Source: an uncultured Candidatus Saccharibacteria bacterium
Lineage (GTDB): Bacteria; Patescibacteriota; Minisyncoccia; UBA6257; WO2-44-18
Assembly: GCA_964637575.1 (NCBI GenBank)
Contig: CAZWVU010000003.1
Location: forward strand, 1,586 to 65,585
Direction of reading: 5' to 3'
DNA length: 64,000 nucleotides
Shown here: one piece after another, positions 1-8,345 of the stretch
Layout: each line of letters begins with the position of its first letter
Numbering within the stretch: the stretch's first letter is position 1
Notes under the pieces: model-generated
The model's input: only the letters and a program-made list of their open reading frames with translations
Databases searched by the model: none
What the model was told of the DNA's origin: nothing
Position numbers and translations under genes: made by a program

Positions 1-1
1 A

Positions 2-538
2 GAAGAGATGCGTCGCGACGCGTCTCTTCAGCTGGGCACGAATCTGGTATTCGGCGAGGGCAATATCAACTGTGACGTGATGTTTATCGGCGAGGCGCCG
101 GGCGAGCAGGAAGATATCCAAAAAAGACCCTTTGTCGGCCGCGGCGGGCAATTGCTGAATAAAATGCTGGAGAAGATCGGCTGGAAGCGGGAAGACGTGT
201 ATATCACCAACATCGTAAAACGCCGGCCGCCGAATAACCGCGATCCTCTGCCGGAGGAGATTGCCGCCTACAAGCCCTATCTCGCGCGCCAGATCGAGAT
301 CATCAATCCAAAGATTGTCGCGACGCTCGGCCGGTTCTCCATGAATTATTTCAACGAGCAGTTAAAAATCAGCCGCGATCACGGCAAGGTCTTCCGCATG
401 GATAGGCGTCTGCTGGTGCCTTTATTCCACCCTGCGGCGATTCTCCGCAATATGGGAATGATCGGAGACTACGAGAAGGATTTCAAAAAACTTCCCAAAG
501 TAGTGGCGAAGTTTGATGAGCTGATAAAGAAAGCTTGA
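2..538 (+). CDS. Uracil-DNA glycosylase family 4 (5' truncated by window edge)
   Basis: Motifs VMFIGEAPG, PFVGRGG, YITNIVKRRPPNNRDP and LFHPAA; frame is open to the window start. Confidence 0.93.
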   Translation, partial: EEMRRDASLQLGTNLVFGEGNINCDVMFIGEAPGEQEDIQKRPFVGRGGQLLNKMLEKIGWKREDVYITNIVKRRPPNNRDPLPEEIAAYKPYLARQIEIINPKIVATLGRFSMNYFNEQLKISRDHGKVFRMDRRLLVPLFHPAAILRNMGMIGDYEKDFKKLPKVVAKFDELIKKA

Positions 539-562
539 CTTTTTAAATAAATTCAGTACAAT
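535..562 (+). promoter_or_regulatory. Putative sigma70 promoter for the DGR target gene
   Basis: TTGACT-16 nt-TACAAT; GGAGG RBS precedes ATG 642. Confidence 0.55.
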
Positions 563-641
563 ATTCAACATATTAAGCATTGCGCTTAATTGCGGGTCGC
601 GAGCTCTCGCGGCATAGCACTTTTCCAAACGGAGGTGTGCG

Positions 642-1313
642 ATGGAAAAACCCATCGTGAGCCCCAAGCAGATGCCCGTGCACAAGGTGCTCGGGCGGGT
701 CGCCGAGTGGTACCGGATGATGTCGGAAGCCGGCCTGGCCTTTGACGATCTCCAGCGCGCCATTGACGATCCGGATTTCCGGAGCCGTCTGGTGGAGTTC
801 TGGAAAAAGGACGGGAAAAAAGTGGTTTCCAGCGCCAAGTTTCCAATCTGGCGTACCCTAAAACTCGGCACCGGCCACCAGACCGCCGACGACTTCCGGA
901 AAGTTATCAAGAAGGCCAACTGCAAGATCTCCGACTGGGCCAACGACATCCTCGGCAAACCGGATTTCACCGCATCCACCGAAGAGCAGGAAGTGGAGCT
1001 GGTCGTGGCTTCGGTCGCCGAGCTGGGCTTCCCCAACGGTGCCACCCGCGAAAAGATCTACGCCAAAGCCAAGGAGCTTGGCCTGGATCTCTGTCCGGCA
1101 GAAGTTGGTCCCCAGCTCCGCCTCCAGTACAAGGATCAGCCGATGAACGAATGGCTCCTTATTGGAATGGAGCCCATCACTGACTCGGTCGGCAGTCTCG
1201 AGGTGTTCTACGTTGAGCGCGATGGCGGCGGCCGGTGGCTCAGCAGCTACTGTGACGGCGCCGACGGCGTCTGGCACGGCGCCTACCGCTGGGTGTTTGT
1301 CCGTCGCAAGTAG
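642..1313 (+). CDS. DGR target (variable) protein, probable C-terminal CLec-like fold
   Basis: The last 44 codons are the VR matching TR 1564-1694; ends WHGAYRWVFVRRK; LCPAEVGPQLRLQY motif is typical of CPR DGR targets. Confidence 0.92.
   Translation: MEKPIVSPKQMPVHKVLGRVAEWYRMMSEAGLAFDDLQRAIDDPDFRSRLVEFWKKDGKKVVSSAKFPIWRTLKLGTGHQTADDFRKVIKKANCKISDWANDILGKPDFTASTEEQEVELVVASVAELGFPNGATREKIYAKAKELGLDLCPAEVGPQLRLQYKDQPMNEWLLIGMEPITDSVGSLEVFYVERDGGGRWLSSYCDGADGVWHGAYRWVFVRRK
1179..1309 (+). repeat. DGR variable repeat (VR)
   Basis: 131-nt ungapped match to TR with 20 differences, all at TR adenines (13 A>G, 5 A>T, 2 A>C). Confidence 0.97.
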
Positions 1314-1348
1314 CTTCGGACATCTGGAACCCTGGCTCCTGGTTACCC

Positions 1349-1379
1349 ATCCCCCGTGAAGCATTGCTTCACGGGGGAT
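1349..1379 (+). promoter_or_regulatory. Perfect hairpin downstream of VR (DGR homing hairpin and/or intrinsic terminator)
   Basis: ATCCCCCGTGAAGC-ATT-GCTTCACGGGGGAT followed by a T-rich tract, about 35 nt after the target stop. Confidence 0.8.
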
Positions 1380-1563
1380 TTCTTTTTTGTTAGATTATTT
1401 TTGGAGTGGGTTGGTATTTGTTCACGGCTACGGCTTTGAGCGGCCGATTCCAAAATAAAAATGAAGCTATTTGGTGTAGGGCGCTAGGGCATTTTAGATG
1501 CCGAACGCGATACAGCTCCAAGAGCATTCAAGGAGCGGTGGCTTGGAGGGCGCCCTATACGCA

Positions 1564-1694
1564 ACTGACTCGGACGGCAATCTCAAGGTGTTCAACGTTG
1601 AACGCAATGACGACGACCGGTGGCTCAACAGCAACTATGACAACGCCGACAACGTCTGGAACGGCGACAACCGCTGGGTGTTTGTCCGACGCAA
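1564..1694 (+). repeat. DGR template repeat (TR)
   Basis: Rich in AAC/GAC codons, 36 adenines, identical to VR at every non-A position. Confidence 0.97.
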
Positions 1695-1705
1695 CTTGCT
1701 TCATT

Positions 1706-1728
1706 CTCTCCCGATTATCTCGGGAGAG
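1706..1728 (+). promoter_or_regulatory. Hairpin just 3' of TR (TR-RNA spacer structure; overlaps the avd stop)
   Basis: CTCTCCCGA-TTATC-TCGGGAGAG. Confidence 0.5.
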
Positions 1729-2080
1729 TTTGTTTTTCAGCCGCTTTTATCCAACTGCCGAGCATTTTGCCAACCTCAACCAGGTTTTTGGATATAAGAA
1801 TATATTTTTTTTCATCCAGCGCCTTTAAATCCCAGGAAAACTGCAAGAAAAACTTTAAAATGTCCAATTTGCCGCTGGTTTTATTGAGAATAGGAAGTTT
1901 GTGTTCTTTATTCAGCTTGCTTGCCACAAAAAGTAATTCCAGAATCTCTATCAGCAAAGAATCTATTTTTATCACCAGTGATTTGAATCGCTTCGGAAAG
2001 TGGTTTTTAAAATTATCCCAAAGTTTATATATCGCGATAAACTTATTGATAATAATTAAATTTCCCGAGAGAGAGAGAGT
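1715..2080 (-). CDS. avd: Avd-like accessory variability determinant (four-helix bundle); start codon unresolved
   Basis: Open frame IIINKFIAIYKLWDNFKNHFPKRFKSLVIKIDSLLIEILE...KLDILKFFLQFSWDLK...EVGKMLGSW resembles bAvd; bounded upstream by in-frame TGA 2083-2081. Confidence 0.82.
   Translation of the reverse strand, partial: TLSLSGNLIIINKFIAIYKLWDNFKNHFPKRFKSLVIKIDSLLIEILELLFVASKLNKEHKLPILNKTSGKLDILKFFLQFSWDLKALDEKKYILISKNLVEVGKMLGSWIKAAEKQTLPR
2067..2079 (+). repeat. (GA)6G dinucleotide repeat between avd and RT
   Basis: gagagagagagag read directly. Confidence 0.9.
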
Positions 2081-2096
2081 TCAAGGATTCTTCATT

Positions 2097-3155
2097 ATGA
2101 AAATTCAATTGCGACATAAGTTGGAAGATATAATTTCCGTGGAAAATCTTTTGATTGCCTGGAAGGAATTCCTGAAAGGGAAGCGAAGCAAGCCCGACGT
2201 CCAGGAATTCGGCCTGAATTTATTTGATAACATTCTACTTCTCCACCAAGAATTAGCCAATGGCAGCTATGTCCACGGCCAATATTATCGTTTCACTATC
2301 TCCGACCCGAAGCCGCGGATCATCCACAAAGCTGAAGTCCGCGACCGCCTCCTCCATCACGCCATCCACCGGGTCCTCTATCCGTTTTTTGAAAAGACAT
2401 TTATCGCCGATTCCTTTTCCTGCCGCGTGGAGAAAGGCACGCACCGCGCCATGAAACGGTTCCGCTCGTTCGCCTATCAGGTAAGCAAGAATCATACCCG
2501 GACCTGTTGGGTGCTGAAGTGCGATATCAAAAAGTTCTTTGACAGTATTGACCATTCCGTTCTGTTGGGGATTCTGGAATCATATATCCCCGACCGGCGC
2601 ACTATTGCGCTTCTCAAGAATATTATCAGCAGTTTTTCCGTGGCGCCCGGCAAGGGCCTGCCGCTCGGCAATCTCACCTCCCAGCTCTTCGCCAATGTCT
2701 ATATGAATCAATTTGATCAGTTTATGAAACACACGCTCAAAGCCCGGCATTATATCCGCTATGCCGACGACTTTGCAGTGCTTTCTCGCGAGAAAGCACT
2801 GCTGGAAGAACTTATTCCCGAGATCGGTGATTTTCTGGATAAGCGACTCAAGCTTATGCTCCACCCCGACAAAGTGTTTATCAAAACCTTCGCCTCCGGC
2901 GTGGATTTTCTCGGCTGGGTTCATTTTCCTGACCATCGGCTACTGCGGACGACTACTAAGAGGAGAATGCTGAAACGCCTTGCCGAGAATCCAAGCAATG
3001 AGGCCAGGCAGTCGTATCTTGGATTATTGAAGCATGGGAATACTATCAAGATACGAAAAAGCGAACCCCTCCTTCCCGCAGACAGGATTGTGGCCCGACG
3101 TCCTGGCGAGGAGAAGGAGGGGTTCGTTGAGATTGCCGCGCTTCGCTCGCAATGA
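2097..3155 (+). CDS. DGR reverse transcriptase
   Basis: RDRLLHHA, LKCDIKKFFDSIDH, GLPLGNLTSQLFAN, YIRYADDF, GVDFLGW; ATG 2097 follows AAGGA; no maturase or HNH domain. Confidence 0.95.
   Translation: MKIQLRHKLEDIISVENLLIAWKEFLKGKRSKPDVQEFGLNLFDNILLLHQELANGSYVHGQYYRFTISDPKPRIIHKAEVRDRLLHHAIHRVLYPFFEKTFIADSFSCRVEKGTHRAMKRFRSFAYQVSKNHTRTCWVLKCDIKKFFDSIDHSVLLGILESYIPDRRTIALLKNIISSFSVAPGKGLPLGNLTSQLFANVYMNQFDQFMKHTLKARHYIRYADDFAVLSREKALLEELIPEIGDFLDKRLKLMLHPDKVFIKTFASGVDFLGWVHFPDHRLLRTTTKRRMLKRLAENPSNEARQSYLGLLKHGNTIKIRKSEPLLPADRIVARRPGEEKEGFVEIAALRSQ
3061..3126 (-). repeat. Hairpin MITE-like repeat, copy A (inside RT 3' end)
   Basis: 14-bp IR 3062-3075/3113-3126; core is 34/37 identical to 37628-37663 region in reverse orientation. 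Confidence 0.75.
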
Positions 3156-3156
3156 C
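3129..3156 (+). repeat. REP-like half element GAGATTGCC...CTCGCAATGAC supplying the RT stop
   Basis: Resembles the 3' arm of the palindromic element at 22481-22571. Confidence 0.6.
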
Positions 3157-3177
3157 GACAAGAGTATAATAGAGGTA

Positions 3178-3525
3178 ATGTCATTTTCCGTAGTCTATCT
3201 CTTGCAGCGGTTTTTCTATCGTATCTATGAAGCCATCCGGCACTGGTACAGGGACGGATTTTTGTGGTTTGTCCACCATACGCTGAATGTGCTGGAAGGA
3301 CTGGATCGGACATTCGCCCTCCGGATTACGTTCCGCTACTGGCTGAAACCGCTCTACCAGGATTACACGGTCATCGGCTACATTCTGGGATTTATTTTCC
3401 GGACGTTTCGTTTGGTGATCGGGGGATTTGTCTACCTGGTAATCATACTCGCAGCGCTCCTGCTCTACCTCGTGTGGGCGGCAATCCCGATTTACATTGT
3501 ATATAAAGGATTCAATGGCCAATAG
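3178..3525 (+). CDS. Small membrane protein upstream of the Clp ATPase
   Basis: ATG 3178; WLKPLYQDYTVIGYILGFIFR followed by TM segments; overlaps the next gene. Confidence 0.75.
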   Translation: MSFSVVYLLQRFFYRIYEAIRHWYRDGFLWFVHHTLNVLEGLDRTFALRITFRYWLKPLYQDYTVIGYILGFIFRTFRLVIGGFVYLVIILAALLLYLVWAAIPIYIVYKGFNGQ

Positions 3526-5965
3526 AGAAATATATTTCAACGATCCGCGGCTGAAAATGACCATCGCCGGCCGGCTGATTGTCCGGCTCGGCGCGTATGC
3601 CGGTTACGCCCTGCTGGTCGTGGGCGCCGCCATGTTTCTTGCCGGCGACGTCCGGCTTCTCCGGGCGTTCGGTCTGCTCCTTATGCTTTTTCTTGCCGAC
3701 CGCGCCGCGCATGCCCGGAAATCGGAAAAAAATATCCTCCGGCTCCCCGAGGGGAAGATCAACGCGGCATCATATTGCGCTCCGGCAAGTTTCGGGGTGC
3801 TGGAGTGGGCGTTTGACCGGGCGCTCTTTTCCGGGAAAAACTTTTACCTGTTTCTGGCGCAACGTTTGCTGAACCGCCACGACGTCCAGGCGGGGCTTGT
3901 CCGCATGGACGTGAAGCCGGGCGACATGAAGAACCGGATCGAGGCGGCGCTCCGGGAATCTTCCGCCGCGAGCACCTCCAAAAATCAGCTCTTGTATAAA
4001 GTGGGCGTGGTAACTGCCCAGGCAATCGGGACGGCGTACCGGCTTCACGATCCGCAGATCGACCCGAAAGATCTTTTTGCGGCACTGGCGCTGGTGGAGG
4101 ACGAGGATTGCAGGCGCCTCTTCGGATCTTTCAACATCGCTCCGGGCGATCTTCAGAATGCGATGGTATTCAGCGCCGGTCCGGGGCGGAACCTCACCGG
4201 ATTTTTGAGCCGGCCCCATAAAACCCGCCACCGGATTATGAACCGGGCCTGGACTGCCCGCCCGACGCCATATCTTGATCAGGTTTCCTCCGATCTTACT
4301 GATCTGGCGCGGCTTGGGCAGATCGGAATGCTCATCGGACACGAGCAGGAATATGACCGCCTCCTGGACGTGCTTTCCCGTCCCGGCCGGCCGAACGCGC
4401 TCCTTGTGGGCGACGCCGGCTCGGGTAAATCGAGCGTGGTGGAGCATCTGGCGTTTGAAATCAGCAAAGACCGGGTCCCGCCGCAGCTGTTTGACCGCCG
4501 TCTGGTGAAGCTGGATATCGGCAGTCTGGTCGCGGGAGCCGGAGAAAGTGAAATGCAGGCGCGGACAAAAAAGATTCTGGAAGAAATTGTCCGGGCCGGA
4601 AATATCATTCTCTATATTCCCGACATCCATAATTTAATGAAAACGGCCGGCGGGCGGGGAGTCTCCGCCGCGGATATGCTGGTGCCCGCGATCAAATCCG
4701 GCGCCTTTTCGGTAATCGGCGGCACGTATTCCCAGGAATACAAGCAGTATATTGAAACGAACAGCGATTTTGCCGGTGGATTTGAAACGATCCGCGTGCA
4801 GGAGGTCAGCGAAGACGAAGCGGCGCAGTATCTGGTGTATGAAAGCCTGCTCCTCGAGCGGCAGTATCGCATCATCATCAGTTTTGCCGCGGTAAAGGAG
4901 GCGGTGGTTCTTGCCAAGCAGTATTTTCACGGGAAACTGCTCCCGGCGAGCGCCGAGGACCTCCTAAAAGAAGCCCTTGCCGACGCGGCGGGCAAACGGC
5001 GGAAAGTGCTTGGCGCGGACGACGTGATCGCGGTCGCGGAAAAGAAAATCAACGTGCCGATCCACAAGGCCGGAAAAGAGGAGGCGGAAACCCTTCTCAA
5101 TCTTGAAGAGGTGATCCATGCGCGGCTGATTGACCAGGAAGAGGCGGTGCGCGCGGTGTCCCGGGCGCTCCGCGAGTACCGGAGCGGCCTTGCCAGAAAA
5201 GGCGGGCCGATCGCCAGTTTTCTTTTTGTCGGCCCCACCGGAGTCGGGAAAACAGAACTTTCCAAAATTCTTGCCGGGATCCAGTTCGGATCGGCGGAGA
5301 TGATGGCGCGGTTCGATATGTCGGAATACCAGGACAAAGGCACGGTAAACCGGCTGCTGGAAAATGTTACCGACGCCATCCGCCAGCGGCCGTACAGCCT
5401 CGTTCTTCTCGATGAATTTGAAAAAGCTCATCCCGACATCCTGAATCTGTTTTTGCAGGTGCTCGACGATGGGCGGCTCACCGACGCCGCCGGGCGCACA
5501 GTGGATTTCCAAAACACCATTGTCATCGCGACCAGCAATGCCAACTCCGATTTTATCAAGGCGGAGCTTGAGAAGGGTGCCGATGTCAGGACGCTGTCGG
5601 AGGCGGTGAAGAAAAAACTCACCGGGTTTTTCAAGCCGGAGCTGTTGAACCGGTTTTCGGGCATCATTGTCTTCAAGCCCCTTTCTTCCGCCGCTATTGA
5701 GCGGATTGCCGGCATCCAGCTTTCGGAAGTGGCGGAAACCCTTCGACAATCCCAGGGGATAGAATTACAATTTGATGATGAGGTAGTGCGGGAGATTGCC
5801 AGGCGGGGGTTTGACCCGGTGTTCGGCGCCCGCCCGCTCCGGGGCGTCATCTCCGAGCAGGTGCGCGGGGTGCTGGCCGAAAAGATTCTCCGCGGGGAAG
5901 TCGCCCGCGGCAGCCGGATTAAAGCAGTAATGAGCAACGGCGCCCTCCAATTCAAAAATGTTTAA
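3515..5965 (+). CDS. ClpA/ClpB-family AAA+ ATPase with N-terminal TM segments
   Basis: Walker A GDAGSGKS and GPTGVGKT, RFDMSEY, LLDEFEKAH, FGARPL. Confidence 0.9.
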   Translation: MANREIYFNDPRLKMTIAGRLIVRLGAYAGYALLVVGAAMFLAGDVRLLRAFGLLLMLFLADRAAHARKSEKNILRLPEGKINAASYCAPASFGVLEWAFDRALFSGKNFYLFLAQRLLNRHDVQAGLVRMDVKPGDMKNRIEAALRESSAASTSKNQLLYKVGVVTAQAIGTAYRLHDPQIDPKDLFAALALVEDEDCRRLFGSFNIAPGDLQNAMVFSAGPGRNLTGFLSRPHKTRHRIMNRAWTARPTPYLDQVSSDLTDLARLGQIGMLIGHEQEYDRLLDVLSRPGRPNALLVGDAGSGKSSVVEHLAFEISKDRVPPQLFDRRLVKLDIGSLVAGAGESEMQARTKKILEEIVRAGNIILYIPDIHNLMKTAGGRGVSAADMLVPAIKSGAFSVIGGTYSQEYKQYIETNSDFAGGFETIRVQEVSEDEAAQYLVYESLLLERQYRIIISFAAVKEAVVLAKQYFHGKLLPASAEDLLKEALADAAGKRRKVLGADDVIAVAEKKINVPIHKAGKEEAETLLNLEEVIHARLIDQEEAVRAVSRALREYRSGLARKGGPIASFLFVGPTGVGKTELSKILAGIQFGSAEMMARFDMSEYQDKGTVNRLLENVTDAIRQRPYSLVLLDEFEKAHPDILNLFLQVLDDGRLTDAAGRTVDFQNTIVIATSNANSDFIKAELEKGADVRTLSEAVKKKLTGFFKPELLNRFSGIIVFKPLSSAAIERIAGIQLSEVAETLRQSQGIELQFDDEVVREIARRGFDPVFGARPLRGVISEQVRGVLAEKILRGEVARGSRIKAVMSNGALQFKNV

Positions 5966-6590
5966 CAATATCAATAAAATCATCAAGACAATCGTCGTCG
6001 TCGATTTTTTCTATAACTCGGCGTTCGCGTCCTTCGCGCCGGTGTTCGCGCTGTTCATCACCAGCCACATCCATAACGGCACTGCGGCGGTGGCCGGCTT
6101 CGCGGTTTCGGTCTACTGGATTACGAAATCGATTTTCCAGCTTCCGATCGCCCGCTTCCTCGACCGGACGGACGGCGAGCGCGACGATTACTGGGCAATG
6201 ATGGGCGGATATTTTTTCAGCGGACTCATCCCGTTCGCCTATCTCTTCGTGTCCGAGCCGTGGCATCTGTATCTCGTGAACGGCATCTACGGGTTTATCA
6301 TGGCCTGGACCGTGCCCGCCTGGTACTCCATTTTTACTCGCCACGTGGATAAATGGCGGATCAGTTTCGAGTGGAGCCTGGAAAGCGTGTTCGCCGTCGG
6401 CATTGCCACCGCCGGGGCTTCGGCGCTCGGGGGCTGGCTGGTGGATCAGTTCGGGTTTCGCGTGCTCTTCATCGGTGCCGGAATTATCGGATCGTCCTGC
6501 GCGCTCCTGTTTCTTACCCTGCGGAAGCATCTGTTCCAGCGCGAAAGCGATTCCCGCGCCATTCCGGAGCGGCCGCATCAGCAGAAGTAG
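5958..6590 (+). CDS. MFS-type transporter (half-size)
   Basis: About 6 TM helices; QLPIARFLDRTDGERDD. Confidence 0.75.
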   Translation: MFNNINKIIKTIVVVDFFYNSAFASFAPVFALFITSHIHNGTAAVAGFAVSVYWITKSIFQLPIARFLDRTDGERDDYWAMMGGYFFSGLIPFAYLFVSEPWHLYLVNGIYGFIMAWTVPAWYSIFTRHVDKWRISFEWSLESVFAVGIATAGASALGGWLVDQFGFRVLFIGAGIIGSSCALLFLTLRKHLFQRESDSRAIPERPHQQK

Positions 6591-6593
6591 TCC

Positions 6594-8345
6594 ATGAAAA
6601 AAGTTTTGAATAACCAGGAAATAGCCCGGATACTTTATGAGATCGGGGAATATTTGGACATGCAGAAGGTTCCCTTCAAGCCGCGGGCGTATGAAAAGGC
6701 TGCGGAAAGCGTGGAGTCGCTGGGAGAAGCGCTGACCGAACTTTATGCGCGCGGCGGCATAAAAGCTGTACATGGAATACCCCACGTGGGCGCCTCCATC
6801 GCGGAAAAAATCGAGGAATTGCTGAAGAGCGGCCGTCTGAAATACTATGAGGATTTAAAAAAACGCGCCCCGGTGGATCTCTCCTCCCTCACGCAGATTC
6901 AGGGGCTGGGACCGCAGAAAATCAGGGTCTTATATGAGAAGCTGAAGGTCCGGAGCGTCGAAGATCTTGAGCGGGCGATTGCTTCGGGAAAGGTGGCCGC
7001 GCTTCCGGGGTTTGGATCAAAAAGCGCTGAAAATATTTCAAAAGGTATCGAGTTCCTGAAGCATTCCCATGGGCGCTTTCTTCTGGGTTCTGTGCTGCCG
7101 GGAGTTTTCGCCGTGCGTGACCGCCTCAAAAAATTGCGGGAGGTGAAAAAGATTGAAATCGCGGGGTCGGTGCGCCGCTGGAGAGAGACGATCGGCGATG
7201 CGGATCTGGTGGTAGTTTCCGACAACCCGAAACCGGTGATGGACTATTTCACGTCGATGCCGGGGATCGCGATGGTGATCGGGCACGGCGATACGAAGTC
7301 CTCCATTAAATTAAGGAATGGACTTCAGATGGATCTCCGGGTAGTTCCGGAAGAGTCTTACGGCGCGGCGCTCGCGTATTTTACCGGCTCCAAAGAACAC
7401 AATATCGAATTGCGGCAGATCGCCATTGAAAAAGGATTCACGCTGAATGAATACGGGTTGTACCGCGGCGCTGCGGCGCGGAAAGGAAAACTCATCGCCG
7501 GCCGCACGGAAGAAGAATTATACCGGGCTCTCGGGCTCGAATATATCCCTCCGGAAATCAGGGAGATGCACGGGGAGATCGAAGCCGCCCGGAAGCACGC
7601 GCTCCCCGATCTCGTCGGCTATGGCGATCTCAAAGGGGATCTGCAGGTGCAGACGGGTTGGACCGACGGCGACCATTCGATTGAGACCATGGCGCTTGCC
7701 GCGAAAGAATACGGATTCCAATACATTGCTATTACCGATCACACCCAGCGTCTCGCGATGACCGGCGGTCTAAACGAGAAGAAGATCCTGAAACAGATTG
7801 CGGAAATCGACCGTCTTAATCGCCAATTTAAAAATAAAAATTTACAATTTAAGATTCTGAAAGGCACCGAGTGCGATATTCTGGAGGATGGCAGTCTGGA
7901 TCTGCCGGACCGGGTGCTTGCAAAGCTTGATGTGGTCGGCGCATCAGTGCACTCGCTGTTCAATCTTTCCAAAGACAAACAGATGGCGCGGATTAAAAAA
8001 GCCATGCGTAATAAGCATGTCGATATCTTTTTCCATCCCACCGGCCGGTTGATTCACCGGCGGGAGCCGTATGCGGTGGATATCGATGGAATTATCAAAA
8101 CCGCCAAAGAAACGGGTACGGTGCTTGAGATCGACGGATCGCCGGACAGGCTTGATCTGAAAGACGATTATATTAGAAAGTGCGTGGAGGCGGGCGTGAA
8201 GATGTCGGTGGATTCCGACGCCCACGGCAAGGAACAATACCGGTTCACCCAGTATGGGATCGCCCAGGCGAGGAGAGGGTGGGCGACCAAAAAAGACATC
8301 ATCAATTGCTGGCCGGCCGACACTATGCTAAACATGCTTAAATAA
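6594..8345 (+). CDS. polX: DNA polymerase X / PHP exonuclease
   Basis: GSVRRWRETIGDADL, YFTGSKEHN, and PHP motifs ITDH, HPTGR, DSDAH. Confidence 0.95.
   Translation: MKKVLNNQEIARILYEIGEYLDMQKVPFKPRAYEKAAESVESLGEALTELYARGGIKAVHGIPHVGASIAEKIEELLKSGRLKYYEDLKKRAPVDLSSLTQIQGLGPQKIRVLYEKLKVRSVEDLERAIASGKVAALPGFGSKSAENISKGIEFLKHSHGRFLLGSVLPGVFAVRDRLKKLREVKKIEIAGSVRRWRETIGDADLVVVSDNPKPVMDYFTSMPGIAMVIGHGDTKSSIKLRNGLQMDLRVVPEESYGAALAYFTGSKEHNIELRQIAIEKGFTLNEYGLYRGAAARKGKLIAGRTEEELYRALGLEYIPPEIREMHGEIEAARKHALPDLVGYGDLKGDLQVQTGWTDGDHSIETMALAAKEYGFQYIAITDHTQRLAMTGGLNEKKILKQIAEIDRLNRQFKNKNLQFKILKGTECDILEDGSLDLPDRVLAKLDVVGASVHSLFNLSKDKQMARIKKAMRNKHVDIFFHPTGRLIHRREPYAVDIDGIIKTAKETGTVLEIDGSPDRLDLKDDYIRKCVEAGVKMSVDSDAHGKEQYRFTQYGIAQARRGWATKKDIINCWPADTMLNMLK

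Larger units (their letters stand above)
642..3155. mobile_element. Diversity-generating retroelement cassette (target/VR - hairpin - TR - avd antisense - RT)
   Basis: All canonical components are present; TR/VR mismatches are adenine-specific. Confidence 0.96.

Noticed and set aside
1498-1797. 99-aa ORF resembling the target C-terminus
   Set aside because: It is the TR read in frame; TRs are naturally stop-free in the VR frame and act as RNA
2081-2095. TGA recoding (code 25 or 4) rescuing avd from ATG 2095
   Set aside because: TGA ends the UDG, MGMT and trpS genes, and the long conserved genes contain no internal TGA
1767-2096. N-terminal extension of the RT ORF
   Set aside because: It is the antisense shadow of avd; RT similarity begins near ATG 2097, which has an SD-like AAGGA
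2097-3155. Group II intron or retron RT
   Set aside because: No maturase/HNH domain, no domain V-like RNA or msr-msd seen; the adjacent TR/VR pair defines a DGR
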